Source: Hyaloraphidium curvatum SAG 235-1
Lineage: Eukaryota; Fungi; Monoblepharomycota
Assembly (NCBI GenBank): GCA_025558095.1
Contig: JAIVFI010000004.1
Span: 620,001 to 684,000 of the forward strand
DNA: 64,000 nt
Direction: 5' to 3'
Under the pieces are notes generated by a model. That model did no database searches, had not been told where the DNA came from, and worked only from the letters and a program-made list of their open reading frames with translations. A program made the position numbers and the translations under genes. Shown one piece after another: positions 11,414-25,018 of the stretch. Position 1 is the stretch's first letter, and each line of letters starts with the position of its first letter.

Positions 11414-12273
11414 ATGTCGCTGCTCTACAACCTCGTGGGGCTCAGCACCGGCCATCTGCCCTCCGGAAGCTGACCTCCATTCGAGGTCTTCACGATTCTG
11501 ATAGGGGAATGCTCGGTCTTAACGGTGTTCCTACTCCCACTGCCGCTCTCCATGAGGAAGAACGCGCTGAAGTTCCTCAGCACGAACCCGCTCGTACAGC
11601 AAGTGCTGTACATGGTCCGGATTTCATTCATCGGGGTCGGACTCTTGATGCTTGACGCGTGGCGGGTCGTCTACGCCGAGTCGGCGCACTCGGGGCACGA
11701 CGAGGACAGCATGGAGTCGATGGGGAAGAAGGCCAAGGCGGCGCACTACGCGCCGGGTTACGAACCCCACGCCCGGCTCTGGCGCGCTCAGCGTAACCTC
11801 TGTATGGACCCTCGTCGCTTTTGTTCGGCAGCACCTTGGATGTTCTAACCACCTACTTATGGTCAGATCTGACGGGTTTTACCTTATTCCTTGGAATCGT
11901 GCTCTACCGCTTCTTCGGAACGCTTCTTGAGCTCCAGCAGCACGAGGACAAGGCAGCGGCGGTCAAGAAGCAGGCCGAAGGGGCGCGGAAGGAGTACGAG
12001 TGGGTGATCCTTTGATCCAGGATTGCTGCAGCTCATCGCGGTGACCGTGCCCGCAGCCGAATGCTGGACGAGGTCAAGAAGAAGGATGACAAGATCCGCG
12101 AGATGCTTGAGAAGGAGGAGACGCTGGTCGCCCAGAACAAAACCTTCAAGGCGGACTTTGAGGCGATGAAGCGGCAGTCGGAGAACCTGTCCAAAGCTTA
12201 CGACGACCTGAGCACCCTGCACAACGAGCTGGAGAAGAAAACGAGGGGGAGCGGTGGCGGGAAGGCGGACTAG
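11414..12273 (+). CDS. BAP31/BAP29 (Yet1/Yet3) ER membrane protein
   Basis: MSLLYNL|VFTILIGE..LLPLP, RAQRNL(Y)LTGFTLFL, coiled coil DFEAMKRQSENLSKAYDDL. Three introns. Confidence 0.9.
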
Positions 12274-12491
12274 AGGCGCCGGGCAGATTGTCTTGAGCTC
12301 AGAACCTGATCATCAATGCATGCTGCTGTAGAGACCGTCCACTGTTTCGATGGTCTTCTGATGAATGCGGAGAAACAGCCAGGAACAGGGGAGGAGTATA
12401 CTAGGCGAGGGCTTGGCGACCAGGCGGCCCGAATCAGCGACCTGCTCACGAAACTCCGTCGACCGACTTCTTCGCCCCTCCTACCCTCATT

Positions 12492-13701
12492 ATGGAGGAG
12501 CCGCATTATCCTGACCCTGTTCGAGGCATCCGCGCCTGCGGGCACACCCACCCGTCGCCGACCGAGGCTCCCCATGAGGCCGTGTCCCCCGCATCGCCGA
12601 CCGAGGCCGAGGGTGCCCCTGATGCCATGTCGTCCACGTCGGACCCGACGTTCGACCTGCCCATTTCCTACAGAAACACATTGCTCGGCGTCCCAGTGAC
12701 CGCCGCGACCTTGGTCGGGGAGCTCAAGGCGATGATCTCGGATCTGACGGACATCCCGCCGTCGGCGCAGAAGCTGTCCCACAAGGGCAAGCTCCTCGGT
12801 GCCGACAAAGACGGCGCCACGTTGCGCGAGGCCTTTGCTTTCGCTGGCGACGAACCGAAGCCGCTTCCCAAGCTGCTTCTGGTCGGGACGACGGCCAGGT
12901 CCATCGAGGAGATCCAGCGGGAATCGGCGCGGATCCTAAACACTTTGGCGAACCGGAAGAAGTACTTGGCAACGGCTTCGATGGCTTCTCGACCCGTGAG
13001 GACGCTCGGGGATGATCCGGAGGCGCAGTACACATTCCTGTCGACTTCAATCCTTCCTTCGCCGCCATACCCCAATCCCGGAGGTGCGCTGGCCATTCTC
13101 GACCGAATCAGGGACGATCCCGGCATCCGGCACATTATGCGAGAGCACAAGTTCACCATCGGACTGCTGAGCGAGCTCTCGCCGTTCGAGCGCACCATCC
13201 TGGGTTTCAACAAGAACAAGGGCCAGGAGATCTCCTTGCGCCTTCGTACGGACAACTTGGAAGGCTTCCGGTCTTACGGTGCCATTCGGCGCGTGTTGAT
13301 CCATGAGCTCACACACTGCGTTTGGAGGTAAGAGCCCAATGGCACGGGATTCATTTGCGACGATTAACGCAACGTTTGAAAGCGAACACGATAATAGGTT
13401 CAACGAGCTGAATTCGCAGCTGACGAAGGAGCTGATGGCTTTCGAGCGTCGGATGAAGCAGGATGGTCGCACGTTGGGTGCGATCGAGTACCATTACGAG
13501 CCCGAAGACGAGGGCGGGGAAAAGGAAGCGATCGACTCGCATGGGTACGAGGGTCAGGCAGCTGTGGAACTGAAGGCCGAGGCGGGCGGACTGAGGGCCG
13601 AGGAATGGAGAGAACGGGAGCGGAACTGGGACCGCCGGGAGGTTTTGCGGCTGGCGACGGAGCAGCGCCTCAAGAAACCGTCACAAGGTGGAGGATCGTG
13701 A
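12492..13701 (+). CDS. Ubiquitin-like + WLM metalloprotease (Wss1 family)
   Basis: UBL (LTDIPPSAQKLSHKGK), DPGIRHIM, LGFNKNKGQEISLRLRTD, HELTH zinc motif, and HDNRF after an intron. Confidence 0.9.
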
Positions 13702-13957
13702 TAGCGAATGTTAGGTCTTTCGCGACGACATCGATCTCCCCGATCTGCCCGATCTCGTCCTGCGTCCGTCGAGCCGGGAGAGGGAGGTGATGCGAGAACC
13801 CAAAACAATAAATCAGAAGCTTCCCAACATGCTCTACTGAAGCCGCCTCCCGACTGCGCACGGCCGAGCGTTGTTTGGAGAAGCTGAAATGAGTTACGAA
13901 CTCGCCATCGAATCATCTTCATAGCGGGAGCTCGTTGAGGACGCGGGTGGTGAAGCA

Positions 13958-16900
13958 ATGGACGCGCAAGGTGCGTCGCCTCTTCCCCATGCGGGTTCAC
14001 CGTTTCGGCGACAGAGCGACTAACGCGACGTCGATTCCGCTGCTTTTGAACTGCTCTGCCGGTGATCAGCGCTGGCGAAGGTGCAGGAGGCGCTCGAGCT
14101 CATCTTCAACCCAAGGACACCGAACGACCAGCGTGTCGCCGCACAGAAGGTACGCAACCGCCGCGCTAAAGGAGCTGCATCATATGTTGATGACGCACGT
14201 GCTTCGATGGCATTCAGTTCACCGAGGAGTTCAAGGCGCAGCCATCGGGACCTCTGTTCGGCTACCACCTGGCCCACAGGAACGGCGGCCAAAGCGAGAA
14301 TGTCCGCCACTTTGGGCTCGGCTGCATCGAGTATGCCATTCGCTTCAGGTGGACCGAGTACGGGACCGATGAGAGGACGAAGCTGCGGGATCTGGTTGCG
14401 GACCTCCTCCGGACTGTGGGATCCGGAAAGCACGACTGGCGACCACATCCTGAGCCTTGTTTCCCGCAGGGAACGGATGCACTTGTTTACCAGAAGAAGT
14501 TCCTCAAGGAGAAGCTCGCGACGATCGTCGTCGAGATCGCCAAGAGGATGTGGCCTCTGGAGTGGACGGACTTTGAGACCCTGCTCCAGGAGCTCTATGC
14601 CAGCGGGGTAAGGCGTCTCCGACTGGACGGAGGTCGGCGATTTGCTCACATTGTTCGCCCTTCTAGCCTGGTGGACAAGATCTCGTCCTCTCCATCTTGA
14701 GGTCGTTGGGCGAGGACATTTACGTCTTCGACAACGTCGTGCCGGGCCAGCGAAAGAAGGACCTTTCCACCGCGATCACCGCAGTCACCGTGAGCCGTCG
14801 GATCGTGGATGAAGTGGTGGCGAAGCCGGACAACGCCGCGCTGCTTCAGTCCATTGGACTCGGTCCTGCGAACGACGGCTGGCTTGCCAAATGGACACTG
14901 GGGATGGTCGCGCTCCAGGCCGAGTACGAGTCTGCGGTCCGGGGCGGAGACAAAGGGAGGGCAGAAGCGGCGGAAAGGTTGGCATCGTCGATGATCCAGA
15001 CCATCGCAGTGACATTCGAATGGGTGCTTTTGAGGTGAGATCTCCGGCGTGTCTTTCCGGACGCGTATCTCATAGCCGATCCCACGGCAGGGCCATAATC
15101 GAATGCCAGACGGTGCTCCGCATGTTCGACGCCCTCCTTTCCGGGAGCATGAAGATACGGACCGCTGCGGCAGAGGCTCTCGTCGTCCTCTTTTCTCGCA
15201 ACCTGCACCAAACGGACGACAATCGCCAGGCCTGCATTCTGGATCCGATGTTCGACGCCGGGGGTTTCGAGAAGATGTTGCAGGCGTGGGCGACGGCCCA
15301 TGGTGCCGGACACCAGGGCCTCGCCGCCGTCGGAAACGTCGAGATGACGAAGCTCGTGGACGACGAGGCCGACTATCAGCTCGCACAACGAATTGTGCAG
15401 GCTTTTGCGGCTCTTGGCGAGACGCACATCTGCTTCAGAAAGCGGGCAAAGAGCATCCCCAACGGGTTCGACAAGTACATCCAGTTCATGCTTGTCGTGA
15501 GCCGGCATCCGTCGACCATCGTTTCTTCCATCGCGTGCCAGTTCTGGCTGGAAGCTCTGAAGCACGAGGTCGTGAAGGAGACTCCGGAGCTCGCGGCGGC
15601 GCTGCCGGCCCTCTTGGAGACCATTTTCGCGCGCCTCATGGTGCTTGATCACCCCGAGAGCGCCGATCCTCCGTATCGCCACTACAACGACATTGATTTC
15701 GATTCGCCGTCGGAGATGATGGTGTTCTTCGCCCAGTACAAGAACAAGCTGCTTGAGTGTGCTCGGATCATTGCCGCTCTCAAGCCTGTCGAAACGATCA
15801 CCTGGGCCGCGACTCGGATTCAGGTCCGCCTTGCGTCGAAGCCGGGCGCCGGGGACTTTCTCGTGCCGGATGCCCCGTGGCTGAAGGCCCTCGAGGCCGA
15901 CTCTCTGCTTTTCAGCAGCGTCGTTTCCGCGGTGCCGGATGGATTGCTGGATCAGGGGAAGGCTCAGGGACAGGACAATGCCGGTCACACCCAGATCGTT
16001 GCGGCGCTGGTGGCGGTGTTGCAGCAATTGGTCGCTTTCGATACCCAGGATCCCCTGATCGTGAGGCAGCAACTCCCCATGATTGTTTCTTGCGCGGAAG
16101 CAATGGCCGTGCAGTCGGATTTGTTGCTTCAGTCTCTCCAAAAGGTTCGTTCTACTTCGGTTTGGGCCTTATCTGTTCTAAACTTTTCTGCCGCAGCTCT
16201 TTACGTTCACCACCTTTCGCATGCCGGGCGAAGATCCAGAATTGGCGCAGAGGCCCGAGTCGAAGGAGCTCCGCTACAGGGCTCTGTCCTCCTTGGTCAA
16301 GCTTGCCATTGCGATCCCCAATGTTCTGATTGTGAGTTGCTCGTGCGTGGCTGCCTCGTCCTAGGTTGTTGACCGGTCACGCCAGCAACTGTATCAGGAC
16401 ATCGCCGCCTCGATCAAGAATCTCGTGGACCAGAACCTGCTTCGCGAAGGCGAAAAGACTTTCCTCATGGAGTTTGCTGTGTGCATCGTCTTCAACGCTG
16501 CAGTGCCCCCCGAGAGCAAGATCCCGCACATCCATGCCATCATGGAGCCTTACGTCTCCGAGTTCTCGAGCAACGTGCTGGCCAACGGTCCTTTGCTGGG
16601 TGCACCGTCCTTCCTCGAGTTTATCGGGATAGGTGGAATGGCGCAGGCGCTTGCCCAAGCAGGATCGTTCCAGACCAGCGTTCCGTTGCTGGGTCCGGCG
16701 ATTGCGAAGCGGGCCATGGACGAGCGGCAGAACAGGGCTCGCCTCTACGCCTTGGTCAACACGTTCACGAGTTTCCTGCGGCGCACCGTCGACGTCAGGG
16801 GGAAGGCCAAGTCCGATGCCAAACTGACGGATCTCGTGTGGAATCCCTACATTCCTCGGATAGTGCCCAACCTTTTCAGGGCGATCAAAGTCGTTCACGA

Positions 16901-18400
16901 TGCCTGGGATCCTCAACACTGGCAAGGGCTGCCGGTCGAACTGCAGTACGTTTTGCGGATGGGTCTGTTGGAGAAGAAGCAAGCCATGGGCGGGTCCTCT
17001 TTTGCCCCGCCGTTGGACGACTTCGCGGATGAGTCGCTTGCCAAGCACCTGGACAACATACGATCCTGGCTGGTTGCGTACCGTGAATCGAGGTGGGCGG
17101 TCCTCACCGTCCTGTCGGGCCTTGCGTGACCAGTGTCTCCAGCTACGCTTCTCTCGGTCTTTTGACATACCTCGGCGAGTTCTTCTCCGTGCCGGATCTC
17201 TCGCAGATGATTCTGCAGGGCTTGTTTGGTTCGGCCGAAGTCATGGAAAACCGGCACTGGAAGAGCCTCATCGGATCGGCAATGAGACCGATGATCAGCA
17301 ACTGCCCGCCGCAGTTCCTCATGAAAGTCTTGGGACCCATTTTGCCGGCATTCTTCACCTTCCTGTCCAACAAGCTGGAACTGGAGTGGAAGGCTCGGAT
17401 GGAAAAGGGGACGCTCGTCGATGAACAGGAGATCGAGGCACGGACTATGGACGGCGACGGGAGCGGTGCCGGCAGCGACTTCATCGAAGTCGAGGACATG
17501 TCGGAGGAGATCATCAACGAGAAAGTCCTGCGCCTCCTGACGAGGGCGTACAGCGACCTCATGGTCAGCATCTTCGCTCCCGCACCACCGGCACCGCGCG
17601 ACGGTCGAGAAGCGGGCCGGGACAAGACTCGTGAGTTTGTGACGGACACTCCCGTGGCTCCTCTTACGCCTTGCTTCCCTAAGCCGACGGCAAGCGCGTG
17701 CCGAAGGTGTCCAACCCGATCGACGACTTCCTGAACAAGGAGTTGGTGCAATTCCTTATCACAAACATGGTAAGGCCCGCTGCTTGATCGATTTCTGCCT
17801 CCCTGACTTCCTCCTTGTTAGCCCATCGCGCAGCCTCTTCTCCTGTCGCTGTCAAACATGGTGCACTATCCCGATCTGCTCTCCGCGAGGCGAACCCTCG
17901 GCATCTCCTCCCGCTTGATACCCCTTCTCGTCAAGCAAGGCCCCTCGTACCACGAGTACGTTGCCAAAGAGCTCCTGGTCTCCGCGCTCAAGGCCTTGCA
18001 CGATCCATACCACACGGAGGCTCACGGAGAGATCATAACCCTCATCACCGAGATCTACATGGCGCTCCGTCCCCTCACGACGCTCCCGCTCGAGACTTTC
18101 TCGCAGCTGCCGGACGTTGACGCCAGCAAGATTCAGCAGTTCGAATCGGAGCTGGGTCAAAAGACCCAAGCAAAGGACCAGCAGGCCGTGGTCCGAGCTT
18201 TTCTTGCAAACTTTGCCGGAGTGGCTGTCTCGCAGCTCTTTGGCACCAAAAGCTCCTTTGCCCTTGCGAACGTCAAGAAGTCCGTTTTCCGGACCCTTGC
18301 TGATCGCGGCAACACCCATCGCAACGATCTGCTGAGCAAGGACTCCTCCGACGGGGAGGAGAATGGGGGACACGGAGCGTTGAATGGCCTCTTCGGTTGA
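13958..18400 (+). CDS. MSN5: Exportin-5 / Msn5
   Basis: Multi-exon importin-beta-like HEAT protein: ALELIFNPRTPNDQR, VRHFGL, KEKLATIVVEIAKRMWPLEW, RHPS..FW, MSEEIINEKVLRLLTR, ALHDPYH. Confidence 0.85.
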
Positions 18401-18575
18401 ACAGGCAACGAACCAAAATGAACTCATGCATGGAACCTGAGTCTGATGACGTGCGCAACGAAATGTAAAGCCCAGCTGATTCTCATACCCTTCGGCAAAA
18501 CGCGTGGACTTGTAGCAAAGGAGATTGAAAGAGATTTATGAAGGAACGGGTATAAGTTCGAATTCTGTTCGAAAA

Positions 18576-19767
18576 CTAAGAGCCCGTTGCTTGTCGTGCG
18601 GCCAATTTACGCGTGAGCTCGGACGCGAGGTTCCTCTGCTTTGCAGCCTCCTTCAACGAAACAGTGCTTCGCAAGTCGTTGACGATGTCTTTCGACTTGC
18701 CGAAGTATATGTCCTGCGCGCGCGGTCACTCAAGAGTCGTTAACTTGGGCCAAAAGACAACAAACCTGCAGGGAATTCCGCATACGCAGCTCCATGTCTT
18801 CGACCATTCTCCCGATATTCGCGACGTGCGCTGCGTTGACGGCGTCCTGCCCGGCACCGATAGCTTCCAGAGCCGACTCCTGCTCCACCTGACGCGTGAG
18901 CGAGCCTCCAAGGTTCAACTTGCCAAGCTTCTCCCGTTCGGTGTTGAGGTACAGGAGAACCGTGGAAGTCAGCTTGTACGTTGCAGATCGCGCCGCACCC
19001 TGCGGAACCTGGACCTCCACGACGTGGATCGAGTCCCAGGATCCCTTGAAGCCCGAACTGCCGGCGTCGTCCGCGGCTGTCGGCGCCGGCAGGTCAGCAA
19101 CCTCGAACGGATCGCAGACAACGTGGAGAAACGGACTCTTCTTGATCAGAATGACGGCGGCAAACCCGTCCTGGAGATCCCACATGTAGACAGACGAAAC
19201 TCCGCCTTCAAAGTACCTGCCCGCAAAGGGAGCGTCAACACCCGGCACAAGGGGTCGCCACGGCAAGCAGCGCACAATTCGCGGTACGTGTCGAACGCCG
19301 CGTTCGCCGCCACCTCCATCTTCCGCAGCTGCGCTGAAGGCTGGGTTCCGTCGGCCAGCGGAGGGTCGTACTCGTTGGACCACGGTGATCTGTCCGAGAA
19401 ACGCGACGCGCCCGCGCAGCGGCTCATCAGCACTACTGGTGGCTCCCACAATGCCTTGCTGTGGGATCCCGACCTGTACGAATCGCCGTCCCGGTTGTAG
19501 TCGCACAGCAGGTAGTCCCTCCCGGTCTTGGCGTCCTTTGCGACGCGGAGGGGCTGGTCCACGGCCGACAGGAGATCCTCCGCGAGCTCCGGCGCGAGAT
19601 CGATGAGCTTCTTCAGGTTCTTTTCGACGTCCTGGGGCGGCAGCCGCCGCATGAGGTCGAGCGCGCAATCGAGTGGGTCGGCTGCTCGGCACGTGCCCGT
19701 CCACGGACGGCAGCCAATCAGACGATAGTTGCACGCGTCAGACGCGTCAAGACATGCCTGCAGCCAT
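18576..19767 (-). CDS. CAP2: F-actin capping protein beta subunit
   Basis: [86 protein letters not shown]. Confidence 0.96.
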
Positions 19768-19910
19768 CGTGGAGAGGACTAGGGCCGGGGTGGACGCGGA
19801 GTAAGACGCCCTAAAAAGCGCGATCGTCGTGTTGTCCGATCACGCGTCCCTCCATCAACCCGCGCGCGCCTCCATATCTGGGTTCGCGCCGCTAGGCGTC
19901 ATTTGACGCG

Positions 19911-21688
19911 ATGAGCGCGATGGACGCCACCGACGTGCTCATCAGCGTCGTTCTACCCCTGATCGGCGCGACCCTGCTCCCTACGCCCGGGGAACTGGCT
20001 CGCGTGGCGTGGTCCGCCATCGGCGCGGTCGGAGGGACGTGGCTCATCATCGGAGCGGGCTATGTGCTCGCCCAGATGAAGTGGATTTCGCCTCAGACCA
20101 ACAAGGAGCTCTCCAAGGTCACGCTCTACCTTTTTTCAGGCTGTTTGATGGTATTTAATCTTGGCGATGGCATGAGTCCCGAGCTCTTCCGCGAGGCCTG
20201 GCCGATACCAGTGTTCGTTGCTGTTTTCTACCTCATTACATGGACGCTTTCGTTCCTGGGCTGCTTCATGCTCGGAGTTCAGGAGCACCGACCCTGGGTC
20301 ACTGCCTCCATCAGTGGGTTCGAGCGGTTGGCAGACCAGAACCTGGCTAAGAGCGCCGCGCAGTGTTCGGCAACACCAACAACTGGCCCGTAGCAATCGT
20401 CTATGGTGAGACATGTGACCGGTTGGTTGCGGAGGAGCTGCATCGAGCTCATACTTGCCGTCGAACACAGCCCTGGTCTACGAAAGGAACAAGTATCTCG
20501 CGCTGCCAGGCAAGAAGGAGACCAAGACCGACATCCTGACTCGTGGCCTCTCGTACGTCTTCCTCTACGCCTTCGTCAGTAACCTCGTGCGGTGGTCGTA
20601 CGGCTACAACCTCCTCGCGAAACCCCCCGCCGGCTCCTCGGAGCCCACCTCCCCGCGCCGAGTGACCCTCAACGTCCCCGAGGACGACCGCTCGCCCCCC
20701 CGCCGCAAGTCCGTCGGCATGGGCACCGACGAGACTCCCTACGCGTACCAGCCGGACTCGGCGCCGTCGACGCCCCCGCGGCGGCCCTCCCACGGCGCCG
20801 CGGGCGGCGAGCCGTCAGAGAGGACGCCGCTGCTGTCGGGGGCGATGGTCGCGGAGCCGACGGACATGGAGGGCTACGTGCCGGAGGCGGGCGGGGATCG
20901 GGGACCCGCGGCGGCGGCGCCGGCCGCCCCGCGGAAGAGCTGGTTCGCGGAGATCGCGGAATCGCGGGCGTATCGCGTGGTGGCCGCGATCCTGGAGCCC
21001 TTTAGCAACCCACCGATGGTAGCGTCGATCGCGGGGGTTACGATCGGATTGGTGGCGCCGCTCAAGGGGCTCATTTTTGGCAACGACGCGCCCTTCAAGA
21101 GCCTGATCGGGATCCCGCTCCGCAAGTGGGTTCCCCCTTCCTCGATGCCCGCGCCTTCGCTGATTCCGCGGTGCCGGACGCAGCTGCGGCGAGGCCTCCG
21201 TGCCCCTCACCCTCGTCGGCCTCGGCGTCACCCTGCGCAAGACGCTTGCCAAGCAGTCGCAGCCGCACGGCCTACCGGCGCCGGGGGCGCCCGCCCGGCC
21301 GCGCCGCGTGGGGGTCGCGGTGGCGTGGATCTGCTTCGTGCGGCTGTTCCTCATGTGCCCGATCGGGATCGCGGCTGTGTACGCGGCGCGGGCGTGGGGG
21401 GTGCGGCTCGCCCAAGAGGACCCTTTGGTGGGTGGGCCGCCGTGGACGAGGCGCCCCGCTGACCGTGCCATGCGTCCCGCGCAGTTCGTCCTCGTCATGC
21501 TCATCCTCGGATCCAGCCCCACGGCTGTCAACCTGACGCAGATCGCCGCGGTCCACGGACACTACGAGGACGAGCTGAGCCTGACGCTGCTGTATGTCTA
21601 CGGGCTCACGCTGCCCGTGCAGACGCTGGCGTGCACGGGTTACCTGGTGCTGGTGTCGGACTACCTCAAGTTCGCGCGGCCGGCGTGA
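19911..21688 (+). CDS. Auxin efflux carrier (Mem_trans, PILS/ECM3-like) transporter
   Basis: N-terminal TM bundle, FGNTNNWP, central hydrophilic loop with ERTPLL, NPPMVAS, VPLTLVGLG, SSPTAVNLTQI. Confidence 0.88.
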
Positions 21689-21792
21689 AGCAACGATGAA
21701 TCGAGTTTCGAATTGGAAATGACCAGAACCAACAGCAACGAATGAATGTACACGCATCTCTGTCGCGATAATGGGAATGGCAACGCAGCCGA

Positions 21793-22428
21793 TCAACGGA
21801 GCTTCGTGGCCTTTGCCTCGGCCTCCAGGACCCGGGCGACCTTCTCTGGCGACGGCTCCGGATCGGGTTCCGAGAGGAGGATGCTGCCCAGGATCGCGGG
21901 AAGCAGCAGAACGACCCAGATGCCCGCGAAGCTGCAGCGGGGCGTTTAGCAGGGCGTCGTCAAACTGCAAGGTGTCGCAGCTCACGCGAAGGCCTTAGCG
22001 TTGCCCCATGCCGAGTAGATTGGATCGAGGATGCTCTCCCCCGCGGGCGTCGCCGGCCAAGCCTTCCTGCGCGCGAGCTTCCGCGGCGTTGCGCGCTCGT
22101 AGTATGCATTCCGCGGCGCCATCGAGTACGACGGGGGCTTCGCAGCCGGCACGCCGATCGCGTCCGATTCGAGGTTCCGGAGAGCCTCGCGGTCCTTGCG
22201 GCGCGCCTCAGCCTCGAGCGCGTGGCGCCAGCTGGCGGGCGACGCCAATTGCGAGAGCCTCTCCGACTCAGGCACGCCGACGCCGACGTCCTCGAGCAGG
22301 AAGGCGCGCGAGCGGGGAGCGGGGCCGGTGCCGAAGCGGCGGGGGACACCCGCCGGCGTGCGGGCTGCGGGCGGACGCGGGGGCCGTGCAGCCAGGACGG
22401 CGGCGACCGCGTGTCGCAGCGCGGCCAT
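21793..22428 (-). CDS. Hypothetical protein, probable mitochondrial presequence plus C-terminal TM
   Basis: Arg/Ala-rich N-terminus MAALRHAVAAVLAAR. One GTGAGC..CTAAAC..CAG intron yields FAFAGIWVVLLLPAILGSILL..KLR*. Confidence 0.65.
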
Positions 22429-22535
22429 TGTTTGTTTGCTGGAGGCGGGAGCGGGGGCGGACGCGGATCGGGGACGCGGGGCACGCCCCATCAGCGGGGC
22501 AAGGCCAGCGTGAACACCCGACGCGTCTCGCCACG

Positions 22536-23526
22536 ATGACCGCGACGGCGTATCTCGCGCTGCTCGTTGCGCTGCTCGTCGCCATCGCCGCGCTCGGTGG
22601 GCATCGCCGGCCCCGCCCCGCCCCCGCCGCGCCCCGCTGACGCCCCGCAGCCGCCGTGCTCACGCGGAGAAGACGGCCGGCGCGCGACGCGTTCCTCCTC
22701 GCCGGCCCGTCGGGCGGCGGCAAGACGACGCTCTTCGTCAAGGCACGTCGCTCCAACGAAACCGTCGCTCCTCCGCTGGCTGCTGACGCGTCGGCAGCTC
22801 CGCTACGGCAAGGCCGTTCCGTGCTACCCCTCGATCAAGGAGAACGAGGGCACCTTCCCGCCGCATTCGTCGGTGGGCTGTTCCCCCTGTGGGCCCTCTC
22901 CCGCCTCTGATTGCCCCCCCGGTGTGCCAGCCCGACGTGCGGCCGCTGCACGTCGTCGACCTCCCCGGCCACCCGCAGCTCCGCTTCCTCACCTCGCAGT
23001 TCCTCCCCATCGCCGCCGGCGTCGTCTTTGTCGTCGACTCGTCGTCCTTCTCCAAGTCAGTGAGGGAGACGGCCGAGGCGCTGTACGACGTGCTGGCGGA
23101 CCCGCGGATGCCGCGGAACCTGCTGGTCGCCTGCAACAAGCAGGACCTGTGGACGAGCTGGGGCTGGGAGAGGGTCAAGGAGGAGCTGGAGAAGGAGCTG
23201 TGGGTTCCCCTTCCGGCGCCATGCGGGCGCCATCCCCAGATCATCCTGACCGCGATCGGCCGCCTCGCCCCAACCTCCCTTTCTGAACCTTCCCCCCTCC
23301 CCTGCATAACAGAGACTCGCTGCGGGCGACGCGCACCGCCTCGGTCTCGACCCTCTCCCCCGAGGCCTCGAGCGAGTACCTGGGCGTGGAGGGCCAGCCG
23401 TTTGCGTTCGACCAGCTCGACTGCGCGGTCGAGTTCGCCGAGATCGCGGCGGCGTCGGCGGACAGGGAAGAGGAGGGGCTGGAAAAGGTCGTGGACTGGA
23501 TGGAGGGCGTGAGGGCGGGAAGATGA
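22536..23526 (+). CDS. SRP102: Signal recognition particle receptor beta subunit
   Basis: N-terminal TM, GPSGGGKT, DLPGHPQLR, VVFVVDS, ACNKQDL, LEKEL, YLGVEGQPFAF. Confidence 0.92.
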
Positions 23527-23628
23527 TACCGACGCCTTACACAGGCGGTCTGCTCCTCCCGCTTTGAGACGGCTTTGAGACCTCCCAGGATCTCGTCGTC
23601 GAAACGGGCACGTTCTACGGAGGCCGCG

Positions 23629-25011
23629 ATGAGCCTGGCGAAGAACCGCCATTCGGCCGTCGCGGTCGAAAACATCCCCGGGCGCGGCCGCGGTCTGGTC
23701 GCGTCCAAGTCCCTCGCGCACGGCACGCTGCTCTTCGAGGAGGCGCCCTTTGCCGCTGTAATCGACGATGCCCACGCGGCGACGCATTGTTCGGCCTGCT
23801 TCCGCGAGCTCGCCGCCGAGTCCAAGCTGCGATGCAGCGGCTGCCGCTTCCCGCACTACTGCTCGGCCGCGTGCCAAAAGAGCGACTGGGCCGCGGGACA
23901 CAAGGCGGAGTGTCTTGGCTTGAGAAAAGTCGCCCCACGGCGGCCGCCGACGAGCGTGCGGCTGGTCGCGCGGGTGCTGGAGCGGCGCGCCCGGGAACCG
24001 GGGGCGTACGAGGCGTCTGGGATGGCTGGACTGGAGGGCCACAGGGCGGACCTCGGGCAGGATGAGCTGGAGAGCTTTGCGCAGCTTGCGTTCGTCGTGA
24101 CCTCCATTCTCTCGCCGGCAGCGGCGGAAGCCGGCAACGCGGACGTGCTGGACGTCATCGCGCGCTTCTCGTGCAACGCCATGTCGCTCACGGCCCCGGG
24201 AAGCGACCTAGTGAACGTGGGCGTCGCCATGCTGCCATTTTCCGCTCTCGCGAACCACTCGTGCGCTCCCGACGCCGCTCTGATGTATGTGCGAGACGGC
24301 AGCGGCGTCCGGGCGCAGGTGCGGACGATAACGGGCGTGGCCGCGGGCGAGGAGATCTGCCTGTCGTACATCCCGTCGGAGGTCACGCCCCGGAAGGAGC
24401 GGATCGAAGCCCTGCGGAAGCAGTACCGCTTCACCTGCACCTGCCCCGCGTGCAGCGCGGCCTGCGACCCTCTGGCCGCGCTGCGGTGCGCAAAATGCGC
24501 GCACGAGTTTGAGGTGCTGCCCGGGGACGCCGAGAACGTGTTCTGCCCCGTGTGCGGGTCCTTCGTCGTGGCGGCGGCAACGTTGGGCGAGGCACTAGCC
24601 GAGGCGGCGGTGATCTTTGCGGCGAGGGATAGAGGCGAGCTCGCCGACCCCGCCGCGGTCCGCGCGTGCCTGGAGAAGCTCGAGGGCTTGCGCTGCCTCG
24701 GGGAGCGGCATTTCGGCCCGCTGGGCCTCCGGACGCTGCTGTACGATCTCCTCATATCTAGGGGAGAGTATGCGGAGGCGTACGGCGAGTCCCTGCGGAT
24801 CTCCAAGATCTTGCAGCCTCCCTTCGTGGCCGAGTTCCACCCCGCGCGGACGCTCCGCCTGTTGCTGACGGCCAAGCTCGGTGCCTACGGTTCAATGGAC
24901 CTGGACCAGATGCGGGACCTCGCCGACCGCGCGCTGCGCGGCGTCAAGGTCGCGTTCGGCGAGGGGGAATTCTACCGAAGGTGTCTCGACGAACTCGGTC
25001 TGAGCACATGA
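23629..25011 (+). CDS. SMYD-family SET and MYND domain methyltransferase
   Basis: GRGRGLVA, MYND (CSAC..CSGC..YCSAACQKSDW..HKAEC), NHSCAP, GEEICLSY, post-SET YRFTCTCPAC. Confidence 0.93.
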   Translation: MSLAKNRHSAVAVENIPGRGRGLVASKSLAHGTLLFEEAPFAAVIDDAHAATHCSACFRELAAESKLRCSGCRFPHYCSAACQKSDWAAGHKAECLGLRKVAPRRPPTSVRLVARVLERRAREPGAYEASGMAGLEGHRADLGQDELESFAQLAFVVTSILSPAAAEAGNADVLDVIARFSCNAMSLTAPGSDLVNVGVAMLPFSALANHSCAPDAALMYVRDGSGVRAQVRTITGVAAGEEICLSYIPSEVTPRKERIEALRKQYRFTCTCPACSAACDPLAALRCAKCAHEFEVLPGDAENVFCPVCGSFVVAAATLGEALAEAAVIFAARDRGELADPAAVRACLEKLEGLRCLGERHFGPLGLRTLLYDLLISRGEYAEAYGESLRISKILQPPFVAEFHPARTLRLLLTAKLGAYGSMDLDQMRDLADRALRGVKVAFGEGEFYRRCLDELGLST

Positions 25012-25018
25012 AGAAAGC